Shown here: positions 61,795 through 64,000 of the stretch, piece after piece
Position numbering within the stretch: position 1 is the stretch's first letter
How the letters are laid out: every line of letters starts with the position of its first letter
Assembly (NCBI GenBank): GCA_973895155.1
Contig: OZ316891.1
Span: 3,826,018 to 3,890,017 of the forward strand
Length of the DNA stretch: 64,000 bases
Direction: 5' to 3'
From: Marsupella aquatica
Lineage: Eukaryota; Plantae; Marchantiophyta
Notes under the pieces: model-generated
Databases searched by the model: none
The model's input: only the letters and a program-made list of their open reading frames with translations
What the model was told of the DNA's origin: nothing
Program-made: the position numbers and the translations under genes

Positions 61795-62368
61795 TAATAC
61801 ACTCCGAGCGGGTAGTGAAAGTGGGGATGTCGACTCGAAGACAACAGGAGTAAGAAGAAAAAACGCATGATGCCATGCCCTCAAAAGAGTATGCTGTAAT
61901 AACCTGGGTGAACACCTCCAGAAGTTACCTCTCAGGCATTGAAGAGTAGCAGGTCAATCGGCAAAGTCGTTTCGTACATGATTGTCAGAGACTACTGACT
62001 CAGCCGCGTGGCATCAGTTCCAGCGAACACCACACTTATTGATGCTCAGTCTGGCAGAGGGCTGTCACGAGGTTCAGTGGACGGGAGTAAAATGTTTTTC
62101 TTCTCTTGAACAGTAGATTGTACTGAAGGATTGGTGGAGAGTATTAATACCTCAAGAATTCAGCGCGAGACGCTATCTTTGGATTATAGAATCCAACGGG
62201 CCTTCACCAATGTAGATTCATTCGGGATGTATTTGAATCAAGTATAAACAGTCATCGAGTTGATCTTCGTGAATAGATTTTTGCGCGGCACCTAGTGGGG
62301 GTACAGCTTTTGTTGGCGAAGGGGAGTACATCCTTGGGACAAATCTTTTTGTCGATCTTCGATGCACC

Positions 62369-64000
62369 ATGGCCATAGCATCGACATCCTGGAAGGTTCA
62401 GGATCAATCGACAGCTCATGACAACAAGCACATGCTCCATCTGAATGATACATTGTATAACGACTCGCTTCTGTTGTCGTCCAGATGCTTTGCGGAGTTT
62501 GATCACGATCCACAGAGCTCGTCTAGTGTACTGGACTCATTAGACGACCTTCAGCAGCAGCGGTTCACTGGAAATGGAAATAGGATTTTCTTCCCAGAAA
62601 CCGCAGCGCTCTCTCCTTTTACGTCTTGTGGAGTTTCCAGTGAACCTGCGCACGTACTGCAAGGATGGGTGGGGTCGTATCCTGCCAGCCAGCACCTACC
62701 CACTGTGCATGAATCCTTTGGGCGTGGGTTGTCCGGCGATTATGGCTCGCTTGGTTTCAACGAGCTGTCGGAATTCTGTGGAGATTTACGACTATTTTCG
62801 CAAGAGCTGGCGACCTATGCCGTCGTTCCACCCCAGAAACTCCGATGGAACGAGGGTTCGACGTTTTGTCTTGAGCCTGGAGATCCAGTGAATGTGAATA
62901 ACACGATTTCCGTCGATGTACACAGCCCATCCGGACAGCGTGGAAGTTTCAATTATCCGATCCCAACCACTGCAGAAAAGTTGGCACTGGAAGGAACCGA
63001 TCTAGAGTCTCCGAGGCCACTTCAGCGTGAGAACAATCAGTTGCCTTGCCCAGTTGAGACAAGTCTGGCATCGGTGTGCTTCGATTCGACGTTGGTGGAC
63101 CATGGGTCATCAAGGAGTTTTGAACCGGAGGACACCTCTCTTCCTCAGACTCAGCCGGAGATTCTTGATGAGACCTTGTCACCGGCGGCTTGCGGGAAGA
63201 TTGGATTTCAGTCTCAATCGGTGGCGAGAGATCGAGTGCTAGATGTAACTGGAGTGAAACAGTTTAGTGAAGCGGTCTACGATTCAAAGGTGACCCTGGG
63301 CAGTCGACAGCAAAATTTCCTACAAGGTTATCAAGCTGGAGAACGTACTAGTGGTGGGAAAGCTCACAAACTTAGAAGCAAAAATCTTCGAGATCCTCCG
63401 AAGTTGAAGCAAAAATCAAAGGAACGACCATGTGCGCCGAGGAAATACCAGAGACGAAGGATAATTCATGGCGAAGATATGAAAGTTGACGTTAGCAGTG
63501 TCCCCACGCCAGTCGATCATGTTCAGAGGGAACGGCAACGGCGAGATCTTATGACGTCGAAGATTGCAGAACTGGAACTCCTGCTCCCCAAAAGCTCCAG
63601 AGTAAGTTTGCTGGATCCGTTCATCTCTTTGAACTACCTTCGCTGGTCACTTCTTCTGTTGGACAGAAAGGTTGTTTTTAGTTTCTGTGTATCGGTGAAA
63701 AAGGTTACAGTGTAGTGCGGTGTGTATCTTGCGTTGTGGGGAAGGTTTGTTCTTGTATTGCAATTCAGAATCGACGTCAGTTTGGTTGCACTTCTTTCCA
63801 GAATGGCTAGGCGGGGAATGGAACGGTGTTCTGTGAGTCCGTAGATAAGTAAGATGCTAGACAGTGGAAACCGAGACTCATCTCGCAGTGCAATCGAAAC
63901 GAACTGTGTGCTCTTTGGTGCTCTTGATCGAGCCAGTCAAACTCATATTGATTTGAAACTATGCTTTATAGAGGGACAGGGTCTCCGTGGTGTACGATGC
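62369..64000 (+). CDS. bHLH transcription factor (partial; continues beyond the window)
   Basis: Exon 62369-63601 ends DHVQRERQRRDLMTSKIAELELLLPKSSR (H-E-R basic motif plus helix 1). Phase-0 intron GTAAGT...TAG at 63602-63971. The next exon from 63972 reads RDRVSVVYDA (loop/helix 2). Confidence 0.88.

Noticed and set aside
63602-63715. 3' part of the 448-aa ORF
   Set aside because: It is read-through into an intron (GTAAGT donor at 63602). The bHLH resumes at 63972.

Overview
Eukaryotic land-plant genomic DNA, not prokaryotic: it has GT-AG spliceosomal introns, plant-specific gene families and TE-rich intergenic DNA. Gene style suggests a bryophyte, probably a liverwort (inference only). Five protein-coding genes are supportable: an intronless GT47 xyloglucan galacturonosyltransferase (XUT1-like, +), a 4-exon divergent MEKK-type MAP3K (-), an NDR1/HIN1-like LEA_2 protein (+), a large low-complexity polyQ protein with no domain I recognise (-), and a bHLH transcription factor running off the right edge (+). 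The intergenic DNA holds a solo LTR with TSD, decayed Copia and LINE remnants, a probable Helitron end, two hAT-type MITEs, and a set of ~280-310 bp elements with C(T/C)(C/T)GGGG termini and 8-bp TSDs, several nested in one decayed ORF. The most notable oddities are a MAP3K apparently lacking helix alphaG, the condensate-like orphan protein, the unclassified 8-bp-TSD element group, and a 44-bp-period array of TGTCA-N7-TGAC dyads. I found no rRNA, tRNA or CRISPR array. All alignments were done by eye.
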